Assembly (NCBI GenBank): GCA_951406725.2
Contig: OX597829.1
Coordinates: 53,382,001 to 53,446,000 of the forward strand
Direction of reading: 5' to 3'
DNA length: 64,000 nucleotides
Source of the DNA: Octopus vulgaris
Taxonomy: Eukaryota
The notes beneath the pieces were generated by a model. It saw only the letters and a program-made list of their open reading frames with translations, made no database searches and was not told the DNA's origin. This document shows, piece after piece, positions 35,111 through 49,302 of this stretch (its first letter is position 1; every line of letters starts with the position of its first letter). Both the position numbers and the translations under genes were made by a program.

Positions 35111-35771
35111 TTACTGAAATGCCACTCAAGACATCCAGGTTTCCATTGAAGCCACAGAAACACAGAAAACTTGAAAGCAAAGAAGCTCTTTTCATTAACA
35201 GGTACAGCTCACATATTATTAGCAACAGACGCAAACTACAGATTGGCTACTGTAGCAAAACAACACTTTATACACAACCTTGAATTATTGAAATACCAGG
35301 TAAAAGTACTAAACATCGATTTGTATTTTTAATTTTTAGGATTTGCATTGTTTTGGTAAAATAAAACACATGCACACATATACCTCAATGAAAATAATTT
35401 GTAATACTGACTTTGAAATTCAAACTCCACACCTGCTGTAAGCCATGGCAGTGCTAATCCCTGCACCAAAGCAGCAGTCAGAATCCTTAAATCGCCTGAA
35501 TTAGCAATAGAAGTATCCACAATGAATTGTCAATGGAGATCTCAGCCCTGACTATTCAAGGTTTCCGGTGATCTGATGAGCTAGCTCTCCTCATTTTAAT
35601 TAATTTGCGAATAATGTATAACGTTGAGCATACATACTACTGCAAACATGTATCCATAATTTCTTCCATACTGAAATGAGTATTTCATGAAGAAGGTTGC
35701 AAAACAACTGTAACCCAATGGAAGTCACGTGGTTAAATAAATAAATATTCACCTTTTGTACCTCCTGACTT

Positions 35772-36110
35772 TCATCATCATCATCATCATCGTTTAGAGT
35801 CGGTTTTCCATGCTAGCATGGGTTGGACGGTTCTACTAGGGTCTGTGAAGCCAGAAGGCTTCATCAGGCCCAGTCAGATCTGGCAGTGTTTCTACGGCTG
35901 GATGCCCTTCCTAACGCCAACCACTCCGCGAGTGTAGTGGGTGCTTTTTACGTGCTACCCGCACAGGTGCCAGACAGAGCTGGCAAACGGCCACGAACGG
36001 ATGGTGCTCTTTATGTGCCACCGGCACGAGGGCCAGGCGAGGCTGGCAACGGACACGAACGGATGGTGCTTTTTACGTGCCATCGGCACGAGGTCAGTCG
36101 GGGCGGTGCT
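35772..36110 (-). mobile_element. RTE 3'-end-derived repeat with (CAT)n tail
   Basis: High similarity to 18362-18680, including the internal ~60-bp tandem units. Confidence 0.85.
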
Positions 36111-39100
36111 ACGCCTCATGAAATAATTTCATTAACTGGATCTTCTGTGCAAGGTATAGCATTATATATTTAATAATATAGATGAAGACAGAGATAGATA
36201 GGTAAAGAGAGCTCATTGAAGCTGACATTCGATAAAAGGAACAACTGATAACATTTAGATACAAAATTGAACAGAAAAACTAAAAAAAATGAATAAAATA
36301 CTGCTTTGTTGCAGAGATGTGTGTGCATGTATGAACAATAAATTCATATGCAATTTACTATGCACATGCTTGACGAGAGGTTAACAAAATAGTGCAAATT
36401 TGTTTGTGCACATGCATTATCCATCCAGTTTCAGTAAATTTCTGCACATATGGCTACAGGTATCAGTGCCAAAGATTTCTTCTTCAAACAATCTAATGCT
36501 ACACAAACACATTATGAAAGTAAAAGGGTATCTGTCAGTTTTGATATTCAGCTTTTCAATCAACTTGTAGAGGATCTTGCAAGCATGAAGTCGATTCGAT
36601 TCACCAAAGCCAAATTTAAATTAACACTGTAACAGAACTTTTCCCATGGTGGAACAATGGTTTTTCTCTGACAGCAGTTTTACATTTTCCAGATGCCTTT
36701 AGCTAGGCCGAAATAATGTCTTCACCACATGACTCTTTCTAACCCCTTCTGCTTCACCAAAAGCTAGAATAGAGATAAGACCACCAACTAAATCTATTGT
36801 TCTCAATGATATATCTATCCTTCTAGATAGTTTTAAAAGCAAGAACACCCCAAGCAAAAGTCAGTTGGTGACGACTCAACCAGTTAGTCACTTCAGTGAC
36901 GACGAAGTCTGGCTGACCAGCTAGAACCTTGGTCAGAGGGAGAAATAAAGTTTACACTGTCAGCAACTGTGAGACAACGTTCTCACACCCTACAATTCTC
37001 ACTAGCTCTAATTCTGTTCTCTTACATCATTCTATCTCTCTCTGTAATTACTACTAAACAATGAAGAGGACACAACCACATCTTTCTTTTGCATGCTCTC
37101 GGATGTTATAACCTACCCGTCGAGGTATGGTATTTTTTAACGTAATGGTAAATAAATACTTTCTTAAAACTTCATGCATTGTTCATCTTTCACATCCTAC
37201 AACATGCAATTATAACAACAAATTTTTATCGTTACAACTGCTGACTCCGACACTTCATATTGTGTACCTAATCAATCTCGACCGCAACAACTAGTGACCC
37301 TCGACTCCTATTAAGAACTTTACTGTCATTTTGATTTAGTATAAGTGATCTTATTATTCTAGACGTGTATCCTTAACATAATCCTCAAACACAAACAATT
37401 TGTCACATACACATTTCAGAATTTTTATTATTGTAGTTCCATACTATTATTTCAAAATTGCACAATATATTGTAGGTGTAATAATTGTATCAACATCTCA
37501 TCTTCGTCCATGATCACAATATGTTGATAGAATTATACCTTTCAGGTTTTTTTAAGATGTCATTTATTGTTAAAAACATGTTAAGTAGTTTCTTGAGAAA
37601 CTATTGTATCTCCCAAATAAGTAAACTACTTGGTAGGAAGAAACCGAGTATCATTATTTGATAATGCACTGCAAAGTGATGATAATCTGGTGTTCTGAGT
37701 TCAATCCTTCTGACAGGAATAGTTGTCTGTGAGACTGCTATCTTTCCAAGGAGAAATTTCCATCTCATTTTCTTATAGAAAGCCAATGAACAATAGACTT
37801 CCTCGAATAGAAAACATAAGACAGATTGAGTATGTTCAGATGATAGGATTACGGGAAATAATCTCAAATGTAAATTCTAAAGCTGACATTTAGTGTTAAG
37901 TCCTTGTAAAATGTTGATGCTAAACTGCATCAACTTGATGGTTACGAAAAAAGATCAGAGAGGCTATTGCAGAAAGAAGGAAATAAAATTTGATTATGTT
38001 AAGAATATTTCTTTCTAGAATTTTATTAGATGATCAACATAGTATGTGAAAAGTAGTCTGACGAAGGCTTTGTGGGACTCAAGAATTGTAGAAAAGTTAC
38101 CTGTGAAATTGCTAGTGTACAAGTATACAAATAGTCAGTTATGACATTTATATAAAATCAATAATCTCCTAATATAATGATGAGCGTAGTGTTTTATATA
38201 TTTGTCCAGAATCACGCTGGATGTGGAGGAGGAGAGAAAATAGTAATTCAGTGAAGGAGAAGTAGTGAGAGAAACAAAGGCATGATAGATGAATAAGGAA
38301 GGGGAGATAAAAAAAAAAAAATCAGCGTTTCAACTTTATGTGACTATATGTGTGTTTGTGTACAAGGGAAGTATGTGTGATTATCATTCACCTTATTTAT
38401 ATATAAAATACTACAATTAGCCGTCATTATTGACGGCACGTGGTCAGCTAGTTGATACAATAATTCATTAACTATAGTTTTCTGTAATGTCTTCAGAATT
38501 TTTTTTATTCCTATTCAAGTGATTTTTCACTTAGTTCCAGGTTGCAACCAGTTATAATGTATATATATCTATAGATGTAAAGGAAATATGTTTGGATCAT
38601 CAATTCTTCTGGCTTGTTAGCTCAACTGAATACATAGTAACCAACCACTGTTGTTTAATTACTGAACTCAGAATAATATGGTAAATCTAGAGTATATTTC
38701 CCTTGCTTTAATAGTTATATTCATGCGATAACAGAGCTGTAACCTGGAGTCAAGCGAAAATGGCTTGAACAGAAATAAAGTTTCTTCTATATATTTAAAT
38801 TACAGAGAAGTCATCACAAAATGTGACATGAAACAATTTAATCTATTCAACATACTATTCAACTCTCTAATTATTGGTTTAAGGAAGAAAACAAGTCTCT
38901 AAGTACATTCATTATCTTTCTCTATTCTTAAAATTAAATCTGTAGCTGACTTTGCAATTATAGGGAAAGAAAGCTCTGTGTGTGTGCATGCGCAAACTAA
39001 TATCAACTAAGTTTAAATAGACTACAGAAGAAGTCCATAAACTGAAATACATACTTGTAGTTACAATTATACAATTCATTATAATTATGGAATAACCACT

Positions 39101-39263
39101 CCAATTAAATATGAAGACATTTTTACTATGATGTAACTATGTACAAAATGAATTTCATGAACTTTATTACTCAGGACTCATTAATTTCTGTTTTTGTTAA
39201 AATAAATTAAAAGGAATAGAGTAAGGAAGACAATAATTGTTTTGCTATAGTGATCATTTAACC

Positions 39264-39600
39264 CAGTAGTTCCCAACCATTAAAAAAAAATTTATCTATT
39301 ACCATTTTATTTCAGTGGACCCCACTAGCCATTTGATATTTAAAAACTAGTTTTATAGATACTTCTTTCAAAATACCATTTTTATTTATCACACATTCAC
39401 CTGTGTAGGATTGCAACGGCACTCTCTGAGAGAACATGCCAGAAACATGTAAAAAGAAACCTGGCTCTTTCTTATAATAAATACATTTAAACCAAAATCT
39501 TCAATGGTTCCTTTAAATACTATTGTAGTTCTCCAATTTACTATTCTGATTGCATGACTCCCCCCAAAATCTTATATGGACCCCCAGCTGAGAACCACTG
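39264..39600. mobile_element. hAT-type MITE, older
   Basis: Ends CAGTAGTTCCCAAC / GCTGAGAACCACTG with imperfect 8-bp TSD atttaacc / atttaata. Confidence 0.55.
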
Positions 39601-39860
39601 ATTTAATACAAAACAAATTCATCATTTCTCATAAATTGCAATATTTTGTCTTTTAACTTGCTATAGGCTTTGTTCCATAAATTCTCAAGGAATTCCTCCA
39701 TCCAAAATTGCTAAGAAATCGAAGTTTTGTCGAAATGTAATTAAGAGAAATGTTTTCTATAATGTTACGAAGTAAGTTTCACACAATGAAGGTAAAAAAC
39801 ACACAGCGTGTATTATTAATCAAGTTTACTTGTGAAACATTCTACCATTATATATATATA

Positions 39861-40025
39861 TATTATATTAAATTAGAGATAAAACCACTAAATTTATAAG
39901 TTTAAATTATTTAAAACATTTTTTATTTTTAACTTTTATATTTTAAAATTAATTTTATGTATTGGCTTATGTTTTTCACTGTTTGATTTGCCTAATAGTG
40001 GTTTTATCTCTAATTTAATATAATA
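39861..40025. repeat. 30-bp perfect inverted repeat in a (TA)n-embedded AT-rich element
   Basis: 39861-39890 is the reverse complement of 39996-40025. The adjacent 40040-40120 resembles the reverse complement of 18885-18960. Confidence 0.7.
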
Positions 40026-40109
40026 TAATATAATATATTTATACTATAAAATTGGATTTAATCCTAAATCTAATTTTTCCCTGTAAGTTTGGATTTATTC
40101 CCTAATATT

Positions 40110-40177
<68 letters not shown>

Positions 40178-42292
40178 TAAATAGATAGATAGAGAGAGAA
40201 AGAGAGAGAGAAGGGTTAAATTTAGATTCTACAAAGTTCAGACTTAATTATATTTTACAAGAAATAACAACTAATGTATGTTAAATGTTAGATAACAAAA
40301 CTTGATAAATTATAGATTTAGGTATGAAAGTTCCTGAAATATAATATACTTTCTGAGATCTTTATGCAATAAATGAATCCACACATAGGAAAAGAAAAAT
40401 CAGATGCTAATTGAACTTCAGCAGGTAAAAACATTGACGATTAGATAATGTTTTCCTGTTGGTTTCTCAATATTTTCATGAAATTATTTAAAAATGTCAA
40501 ATTTACATAAATACACAAGAAAAAATAAAAAAAAAAGATTCCTTTAAAATTTTTTTTTTATTATAACAAATGATAGACAAAGGGTCATCTCTTCATTTTT
40601 TTCTTTTTCTTTTCTTTTTTTTTTTGGAAAATCTAATATCTTCCTATTAGAAATATTTTAATGGTTTATTTAGCTTAAAAAATAGTGTACATAACTGTAT
40701 TTTTGAAACTGTCTAATTCTCAAAATAGAAAAATAAAAGCAAAAAACAGAAAACTGAGTGAGATTGTTATAATAAGTACAATGGTAGCATTATTATTATT
40801 ATAAGATATGTATATGTATCTATATATGTACACATGATTATGTGTGTATGTATGTGTGTGGATACATATATATACACATAGGTAATATGTATATGTGTGT
40901 GTGTTGTGTGTATATATATATAAATGTTAATGTTTGTTTACTGATGAAAAGACTCAATATTGGATGCCAAGTCAAGTTTACTATAAAAATGGGAGTTGAG
41001 TGCGACTTTAAGTTTTGACTTTCTCAAAGCTTGTATGAACTGTCCATTTGACCATACCTTGAAATAAGTGAGATTTGCGGTCACAGACAACCCTTTTTAT
41101 ACATTTATGATATGCACACAAACCGCCACACACACACGTACGTACATACATGTGTATGCATACAGTATGTGCACATTTTAGACACATAAAATTGAGTGAC
41201 GGGTGTTATCACTGAAGTAAGTATATAAATGTGTATATGAATATATATGTACATGTAATGTATGTTTATATATATATATATATATATACATGTGTGTGTG
41301 TGTGTGTGTGTGTATGTATTTATTTCTTAGAGACAGGTCTCTCTCTCTCACACAACACACACACACAAGCACTTATGTAAAGCTACATATAATTGTATAT
41401 AAATACACACATACATATATACTTTATGTATTTATAAAATTGTTTCGGGAGCATCAACCATGTAAGTTCAAACAATAAGAAAATTATAACTGGGCAAAAT
41501 GTTAATTACCAAATATTTAATTAATTAAAAAAAATTCTTGATTGTATCCCTAATTTATTTTGTAAATATGCAAACAAAATCCTTAACGCTAGTATTTAAC
41601 ATAAGGTCTACTTAAAATTTTTTTTAAAGAGTTAAATAATGTTTTTAAAAAGTTACTAATAAAGTTGCTCTTAGATTATTAAAAAAAAAAAAATGTTCAG
41701 CTATAAAATTTAAAAACAAGTTTTTAAAAGTGAAAATATTTTATTACATTTTTTTGTTTTGTTAGCAATATTTAGCAGACATCGATGCTATCTTGTCAAT
41801 ACCGATTAGGGTCCAATCAGCAAGCTGAATTATTATTTAGCTTTGTTAGTAGTTAAAATACTTGAGCTGACACAATTTTACATTAGCATCACTTATAAAA
41901 TGAAACAGCTATCATTAGTGGCCCACTACTATCCATAGCAAATAAAACATTACTAATTACATTTGCAAAAGTTCATTAAAAAAAAAAAAATGAAAGCAAA
42001 AAAAGCAAATGCTTTATTATATTACAATAAAATCCAAACTGCTCCTGTTTGAAAAATGTCCTTCATATGCTTGGAACTCGACAGAATATGATATAATGAA
42101 AATGATGCTGAAGAAGATAATGAGTTAATGAAAGTAATTATGAATTATGACTGTTGTAGTGGTGATGACAATGATGATAACTGATTATGATGATTATGAC
42201 AAGCTGAAGCTGATGATGTAATTAAACTAAAATATTTTAAATATACCTAAAGCATTTTTAAAAATTCAATATCTAAATTTAATTTAAAAAAC

Positions 42293-42293
<1 letters not shown>

Positions 42294-42337
<44 letters not shown>
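42294..42337. repeat. (AAT)n microsatellite
   Basis: Trinucleotide run. Confidence 0.9.
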
Positions 42338-44639
42338 CATAGTCAGAGGACTAAAGGTCAGATTTGCTATCTAACCTTTATGAAAGGGAGCTTTTCCATA
42401 AGATATGCAGAAAATAAAGCATTATTTTATACACTGGCAATAGCTGTAAAACTAAACAGCCATAGGAATAATATTTTTGTTCGAGTGGTTTTTAAATCTT
42501 AAAAGAATCTAAATTTAATCAAATTTAAAGAATTACCTTTTCTGACCAGAAAATTCTTTAATTTTATCACTGACATAATTAATTTTTGGATTTGGAGTAA
42601 GCTGAGGAAATTGTATTAATCAAATAACACCTTCACTGTTGCAATTCCAAAGGTAAAAAGCATTATTTAAAAATTTATTTGTACAATTTTAAATCAAACA
42701 TCATGTCACAATGCAAAATGCAAAATAATTAGGGATTTAATCAATATAATATTAAAAAATATTTTTATCTTAAGACAAACAGCAAGAAATAAAACAAACC
42801 ATATATATTGAGAAGATAATTATCATATCATTGTTTAATAAAGTCTGTAGCTTCAGTTTCTTCGTAACGGTAAATTATGAGACCAATTTTAGCTTATAAA
42901 AAGAAACTGAGGATGTACCAGTTTTCTTTGGTACTTTGTGGCATAAGAAATTAACAAATGCCAAAACTGTCTTTAATAATGGTGAATGTTGTATAATCAC
43001 TTTAGACAATAACTTGAAACCTTACAAAGTTATTAAAGTATCATGTTCAAATGAAAAAAAACAAACAAAAAAAAAAAAAACTTATACTTTATGTAAAATG
43101 AAATTTGATAAATGATAATTCAATAATACAATGTCTTTGACATCATTGCAGTATGCATATTGGAAGAATACAGGAATAATACATACTTGTATGTAACAAG
43201 ACTAACATTAAACAATGATTTTTATCTATTTAGAATTTCCAAAGAAAAAAATAATGTGAAAGAAAATTCATTGTTACAGAATGGTTTCTCTCATGTTTTA
43301 GGCATTTCTTGATAGCTGATATAATATGTACATTGTTGGCCCAGTAATCTAACAGACTTCAGTTTATAAGTCAGTGATGATGTAAAATTTAACACCTTAA
43401 GTCTTTCATTAAAAGTAATAAGAAATTATTTATAACTGAATTCAAATGCATGAAAGTATGAAATTAATGAAAGATATTTGAGGCATTTATTGTAATTGAT
43501 GAAAGGCAATAATAATCTGCAATAAACTGGTTCTAATATTATGTTACTCAAAAGAATTTTAAATAAATCTTTATCTAAAGTAAAACTTGAGGATATTTTA
43601 GAATTTTTATGTTAATTTTGTTTTCAATTAGATGAATCTAGTATAAATTAAACTAAATAGAAGAGAAATTATATTAGATTTCAATTGATCAAAAGCTGTC
43701 AAGTTTTGTGAAGGGATTATTATAAAACTAGCATTGAATGTGCCAAAAAAGTCATCAAACCGTTTGTCTATTTTATTAAGAAGGACATGGATATCTATAT
43801 GAGTGGAATCACAGGTGATTTTTAAGAAATGAAGTACAATTACTTCTAGGAAACAATTTTCATAGCTAATAGTTCAGTAGAATATTTAATAGGTTATTTA
43901 AAATTTTTTTTCTCTTCCAACTGAAGCAATACTGCAAGAATATATGAAAACTTGAGCTATCATTACTATAATAAGAATGATATATGAAAAATGTAGCAAT
44001 TTTTTTGAAAAGGTTTTATATTATTTAACCAGCACACTCATTAAGAGTTTTGAGGTTAAATTTACTCATTATCTAAAAGTTATATGATGGAAGATAACAT
44101 AAATTTGTTCAAGTTGTTATTTTAAATAATCAAGTTAAAAAAATGAAGTGATAATTTTAAAAATTATAATTCATTTCTACATTAAATGAAAATACTATTC
44201 AGTTATGATTTGATAAAATTTATATACACATGCATATTAGATGTGCATATATATTTATATACACGTCTATTATAAAATGTGCACATAAATTTATACACAG
44301 ATGTCTGTATTATTAACATTTGAAATGAATTTATTTCTAATTACTTTTTTAATAAATTTATAAAAATAATCTTTAAAAATTATTCTGAATAATGTTTAAA
44401 TATTGTTAAAAATAATGTTAATGTTTAATATCTACTTTTGATATCCCAATGAATAAGAAGACATAGTTTCATGACACTAAAATGGTGTACAATCTTTCAT
44501 AGCTGTTTATCTGCAGTGCTAGAACTAGAAAGATTAAACCTATTGCTAGTTAAGTTGAAGTTAAGCTAAAGTTTATGCAGAGTTTGTCCAACAATTTTTG
44601 GAATTATCTAGAATTTTTAGAACATACATTTAAATTCTA

Positions 44640-44858
44640 TTAAATATTTGTATCTTTAGTATCAGAATTGGGTACAATTTCAAGATTGGCTTCTGCTGAT
44701 TTTTCAATTAAATGATTTTGAACAGTAGCTGATTCTTCTGCAGCAATTTCTGGCTCACAGTCATAATCACACCGAGTGATTAGCGTCACTTTCGTAAGAT
44801 CCTCGTTGGGCCGCAGTTGGTATGACTTGAGCATTGGACGTAGCAAGTATTCAATTCT
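44640..44858 (-). CDS. SLC6 terminal coding exon, cytoplasmic C-tail (RIEYLLRP...DTKDTNI*)
   Basis: ttttgcag acceptor, phase 0. R...L..P after GS..T is the usual SLC6 junction. 72 codons plus TAA. Confidence 0.88.
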   Translation of the reverse strand, partial: RIEYLLRPMLKSYQLRPNEDLTKVTLITRCDYDCEPEIAAEESATVQNHLIEKSAEANLEIVPNSDTKDTNI

Positions 44859-45231
44859 CTGCAAAAGTTAAAAGAATTATAAGATGCGTGTTTTTTAATA
44901 AGCATTATTTGTAATTATATTTTCTTAAACTATTTGTCAGTTACTGAGCTTTATTTTATTTTTAAGATTTCATAAAAAAAAACCTTATAACAAGAAAACT
45001 TATGTAATAAATTAGATATGGTTTTCTTTATTAAATTATTAGACATTGCATTCAAATAGATGAATCAAAAACTAATATTGTGCAATATGATGGTGACATA
45101 AGTATATGTATGTAACATATACATACACACGTGATGGTGAATAAATAATACCTATATAAATATATACACACATACATACAAATATATACATACATACATA
45201 ATATATACATATACATATACACAATGATTTG

Positions 45232-45795
45232 CATCATCATCATTTAATGTCCATTGTCCATGCTGGCATAGGTTGGATGGTTTGACAAGAGCTGAGGGGC
45301 TGCACCAGGCACCAGTCTGATTTGGCATGGATTTCTATGGCTGGATGCCCTTCAGAATGCCAACCACTTGAAGAGTGTAACGAATGCCAGTTGCATGACA
45401 GCAGTATCTGCCACAACTATGGTTTCATTTGGCTTGATGGATCTTCTTCTCAAGGACGACATAATGCCAAAGGTCTCAGTCATTTGTCATTGCCAACATG
45501 AGGCCCATTACTCGAAAGGTGCTTTTTATGTGCCACCGGCACAGTTGCTAGTTACACGACACCAGCATTGGCCACATTACCTCCATGAGGCCAAATGCTC
45601 TAAAGATGCTTTTTATGTGCCACTGGTACAGGTGCCAGTTACTGACGCCAATAACTGCCACAACTATGATTTTACTTTGCTTGATGGGTTTTCGCAAGCA
45701 TGGCATATCGCCAATGTCTCAGCTGATAGTAATTAACTCTATGAGGCCCAGCATTTAAAGACCATGCTTCACCATCTCATTCCATGTCTTCCATT
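45232..45795 (-). mobile_element. RTE 3' fragment, decayed, in the last SLC6 intron
   Basis: (CAT)n tail, ggctggatgccc motif and gctttttatgtgccacc units. Confidence 0.75.
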
Positions 45796-46344
45796 GGTAT
45801 TCTTAATGTAATCTGTTAGATTTGAGCACATATATTCTAATTGCTGTTGCTTATGTCACAGGAGAACATTTCTTTTACAAAGCGTATTCACATTTAAATC
45901 TGATAGAACACATTAAGAATAAATATGCAAATTGGAAAAAAATAAAGGTGAATTTTGATTTTGTCGTGCAAATTCTGTCCCTACATGAAAATTTGTGCCT
46001 ATTATTAATTAACATACAATGTAATAAAATATAACTAATTTTGTAAAATGAATCTGGTGCACATTATTTAAAATCAGTTTCTACTTCTAGCGGTATTCAT
46101 TGCAGTGTATATAGGAGGAGACACTTGTACAGTACTACACATTGAGCACATCATATTTCCTGCTATAGTCTTTGGCCAACCAAAGTCTTGTGAATGGATT
46201 TGGTAGAGACTGAAGGAAGGCCTTTGTTGCATAAAAACAACGTCACTGCAAAAACAGTATTTTACCTGGAAATAAAAGAGGGTGGGTCAAAGTAGCTACA
46301 ACTATTTTCACTATCCCTTTCAAACACACACATATAAAAACGAC

Positions 46345-46630
46345 ATGTGATCAATACCTTTGGTGATTTGCTGTGCTTGAGAAGACGTGTCAAGCTAAGT
46401 GTTATTGTAGTTGTAGCCACTGCTGGTGGTTTGTAAATTACACCATTGCCAGCAACATGTAAAAAGCACCCACTACACTCTTGATTGACATTAGAAAAGG
46501 CATCCAAACATAAAAACCAAGCCAAATCAGACTGGAGCTTGGCACAGCACTCTGGCTTAGCAGTCCTAGTCAAACTGTCAAATCCGTGGAAATGAATGCT
46601 AAATGATGATGGTGATGACGATGATGACAT
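46345..46630 (+). mobile_element. RTE 3' fragment, decayed, opposite orientation
   Basis: gtaaaaagcacccactacactc...gatgatggtgatgacgatgatga. Confidence 0.7.
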
Positions 46631-46668
46631 ACCTACTAAAAGGAAATGCTAAGTTGCTAATAACTTAC

Positions 46669-46848
46669 TGTTTTGAGTGATCCCTTTGTTTTGTAGATGT
46701 TAATACACATTACTAGAGGAATAAATACAATTGAAGAGCATGCCATTGTCCAGCCGATAGATACCGCCCAGTGAGGGTAGTGATATTCGATCACTTTCCT
46801 CTTGTACGTTAGTTCAGAATAGCTGATAGTACTCAGGACGAAGACAAT
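46669..46848 (-). CDS. SLC6 exon, EL6-TM12 (IVFVLSTISYSELTYKRKVIEYHYPHWAVSIGWTMACSSIVFIPLVMCINIYKTKGSLKT)
   Basis: ttttag acceptor and gtaagt donor, 180 nt, phase 0-0. Contains the Y.YP.WA..IGW....SS...IP motif. Confidence 0.93.
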
Positions 46849-49201
46849 CTAAAACAAACAAAAATAGTATTTAATAATAATTCAAAATGCTAGAAATATC
46901 TTTTGCTCTGAATTCCAGGAATTTGTGAAAGTTTTGGTATTACAAATAAAAACAATTAGTTAAAATAAAACAAGTAAAATTAAGAGAGGCATAATTAAGA
47001 GAAAGCCTGTTAAAATACACCAACTGATGTACAAAGTCTGATCAGAGCTGCCTCAGTAACATTGCAGTCCAATGGCAAATCAATGCACAGGGCCCCCGAA
47101 AGTATTTATTGACAGCAAGCCACAACAACACAAATGAAATTAAGGTTTCACTTTATAAAAGTACATCAGAATCAGGCCCCTGGGCAACAGTTCAATGTGC
47201 CCACGCCTTGAGACAGTAGTGGGTTTGATACTTCATTGATAAAACAACAGTTCACTGGATCTATCTCTGCTCAAGTGTTATTTTTAAACACACAGTTAAC
47301 AGAATTAATCATAACTTGTCCAAGGAAACTTAAATGAAGGCATTGGGCACTGTTCCTATTCCTCAGAATAACTAATAAAAAAGGAATACAAAAGAAAAAA
47401 ACCCACTAGATATATAAATGTCTATTAATCATTAGATACATAGTGAAGTTGTACAAGTATGGAAGTGAATCTGTGTTTTAGCAGATCAGTACAAATTAAA
47501 TTAAGTTTTCACTTTATAAAAGTGCGTTAATTCAATAATTTAAAATGTACCCTATAGAGTTACTGCATAATGGTTGAATAATTTTGTAAACATTGCATCA
47601 CTGTTTTCTTGATTTCATTTTTCTTCAACATGAAATAGCAGAGAAATGGGGGGGAAAAAGCAAAATTGACAATACCTGACAACTGGTTCCAAGCATGTGC
47701 TACAGACATTAGCCAAATATCAATACTAGTCTACTTGCTAACCACTCACTTGGACATATAATCTAAGTAGGAATGTCACAGATGTTCTCATGTCTCGTGT
47801 TCTATAGCTGCTAACACTACAAATTGTATCAGTTATGGCATAAATATATAGTGTTTAGATGCTGACATTTTCCTTGGCTTTCTTTTGTGAGTTGCAAAGA
47901 TAACACATCACAGTGGAACTATTAATTTAATAGCCAGTTAATACACCTTACTACATGGTGCTTAATACCTGAATTTACTTATCTAATTTCTTTAGATATT
48001 TACTTCTTCAATAAAGAGACTGAAAAATAAAAAGTAAGGTTTGAATATAATCTATTTACTTTGTCAGAGAAAAGGAGTAAACAAATAATTTTCTTTCTGG
48101 GACAATATGTCACTAGTGCCCTAAATTCTCTTATAATCTCAATGAAATATAATCAGAGCAAATCATTCTTCACTTTATGCATTACATTTTTGTCTTTGTG
48201 CTGAAATTTATTAGTTATATAAACAGGGATTGAAATTTGGACTTACAATAATACTTTCCACTCCCAAAATCAAAGACCTTTAAATGGCTGTTAATAATGT
48301 AAAAACATCCATTCAGGTTTGATGATTTGCCCAGACCAATGTAGCCGTTCCACACTAGATGTCCCAACTAAGCAATAAAGCATGAATGTCTGGTTTGGGT
48401 TTTAGACACATTGGTTTTTTCCTAGCTGAAATATAACTTCTGTACATGCCATGGTACAAATGGTAGTAGTAACTCGCTAAATATATAGATATTAAACACA
48501 TATGTAAACAAGTATGTATTTAATTACAGGTAAGAACATTATATGAAGTATATGAAAACCTGAAAAGGCCGTGAGGAAAAACAAGAAAAATGTTTAATCT
48601 ATTTTTTGTGACAAAAGTGGAGGAGGAAATAAATGCCATCTTTACTTTTAGTTATTATTAGCTTCTATTTACAGGTCCTTGTTTTTGAGGACAGGTACAA
48701 TGTAAATCAGAATTTCAATCCATATGCATGATTTATAAATTTCAACACAATGCAAAAAGAAACACATAGTTTAAAGAATAAACACACAAACACACGTTTG
48801 GTTAAAGACACCATAAAGACTGTTAAAATCGTTATATAGTGTTAATGAAATGTAACTGACCTCCAAATTTAAAAATTAGCATTAGTGTTTCTTTTGAAAA
48901 ATGATAATTATTTCGATAGCCTCGAAAGACAGCTCGTTTAAGTTGCATCATTATAAAAACTTAAAATGACAAATTCAGTGTCAGGATAAACCTTTTAAAA
49001 ATGAAATCAGTATGAACATTGCGGGCAATTATATATATATAGATATATATTAAGTTTATAAAATTGTCATTTATTTTTAGCCTTACATTCTTAGAAGACC
49101 ATTCAAGGAAATGTTAAACATGTGAATAATCTTAAATGAAAACATTATATTTAGTACATATGAAAATATTAAACTGGAAATACAGCAAAATAAATACTTA
49201 C

Positions 49202-49302
49202 CAGTGTAAATGCTGGTGTCAGGTACATCCAACAATACTTCATCCATTTACTCAACTTGAATCCATACATCATTTCAAGATTGTCATAGAACCGGTCTAC
49301 CC
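49202..49302 (-). CDS. SLC6 exon, IL5-TM11 (GVDRFYDNLEMMYGFKLSKWMKYCWMYLTPAFTL)
   Basis: tttcag acceptor and gtaagt donor, 101 nt, phase 1-0. Contains the G..RF..NL..M.G and CW...TP motifs. Confidence 0.93.
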
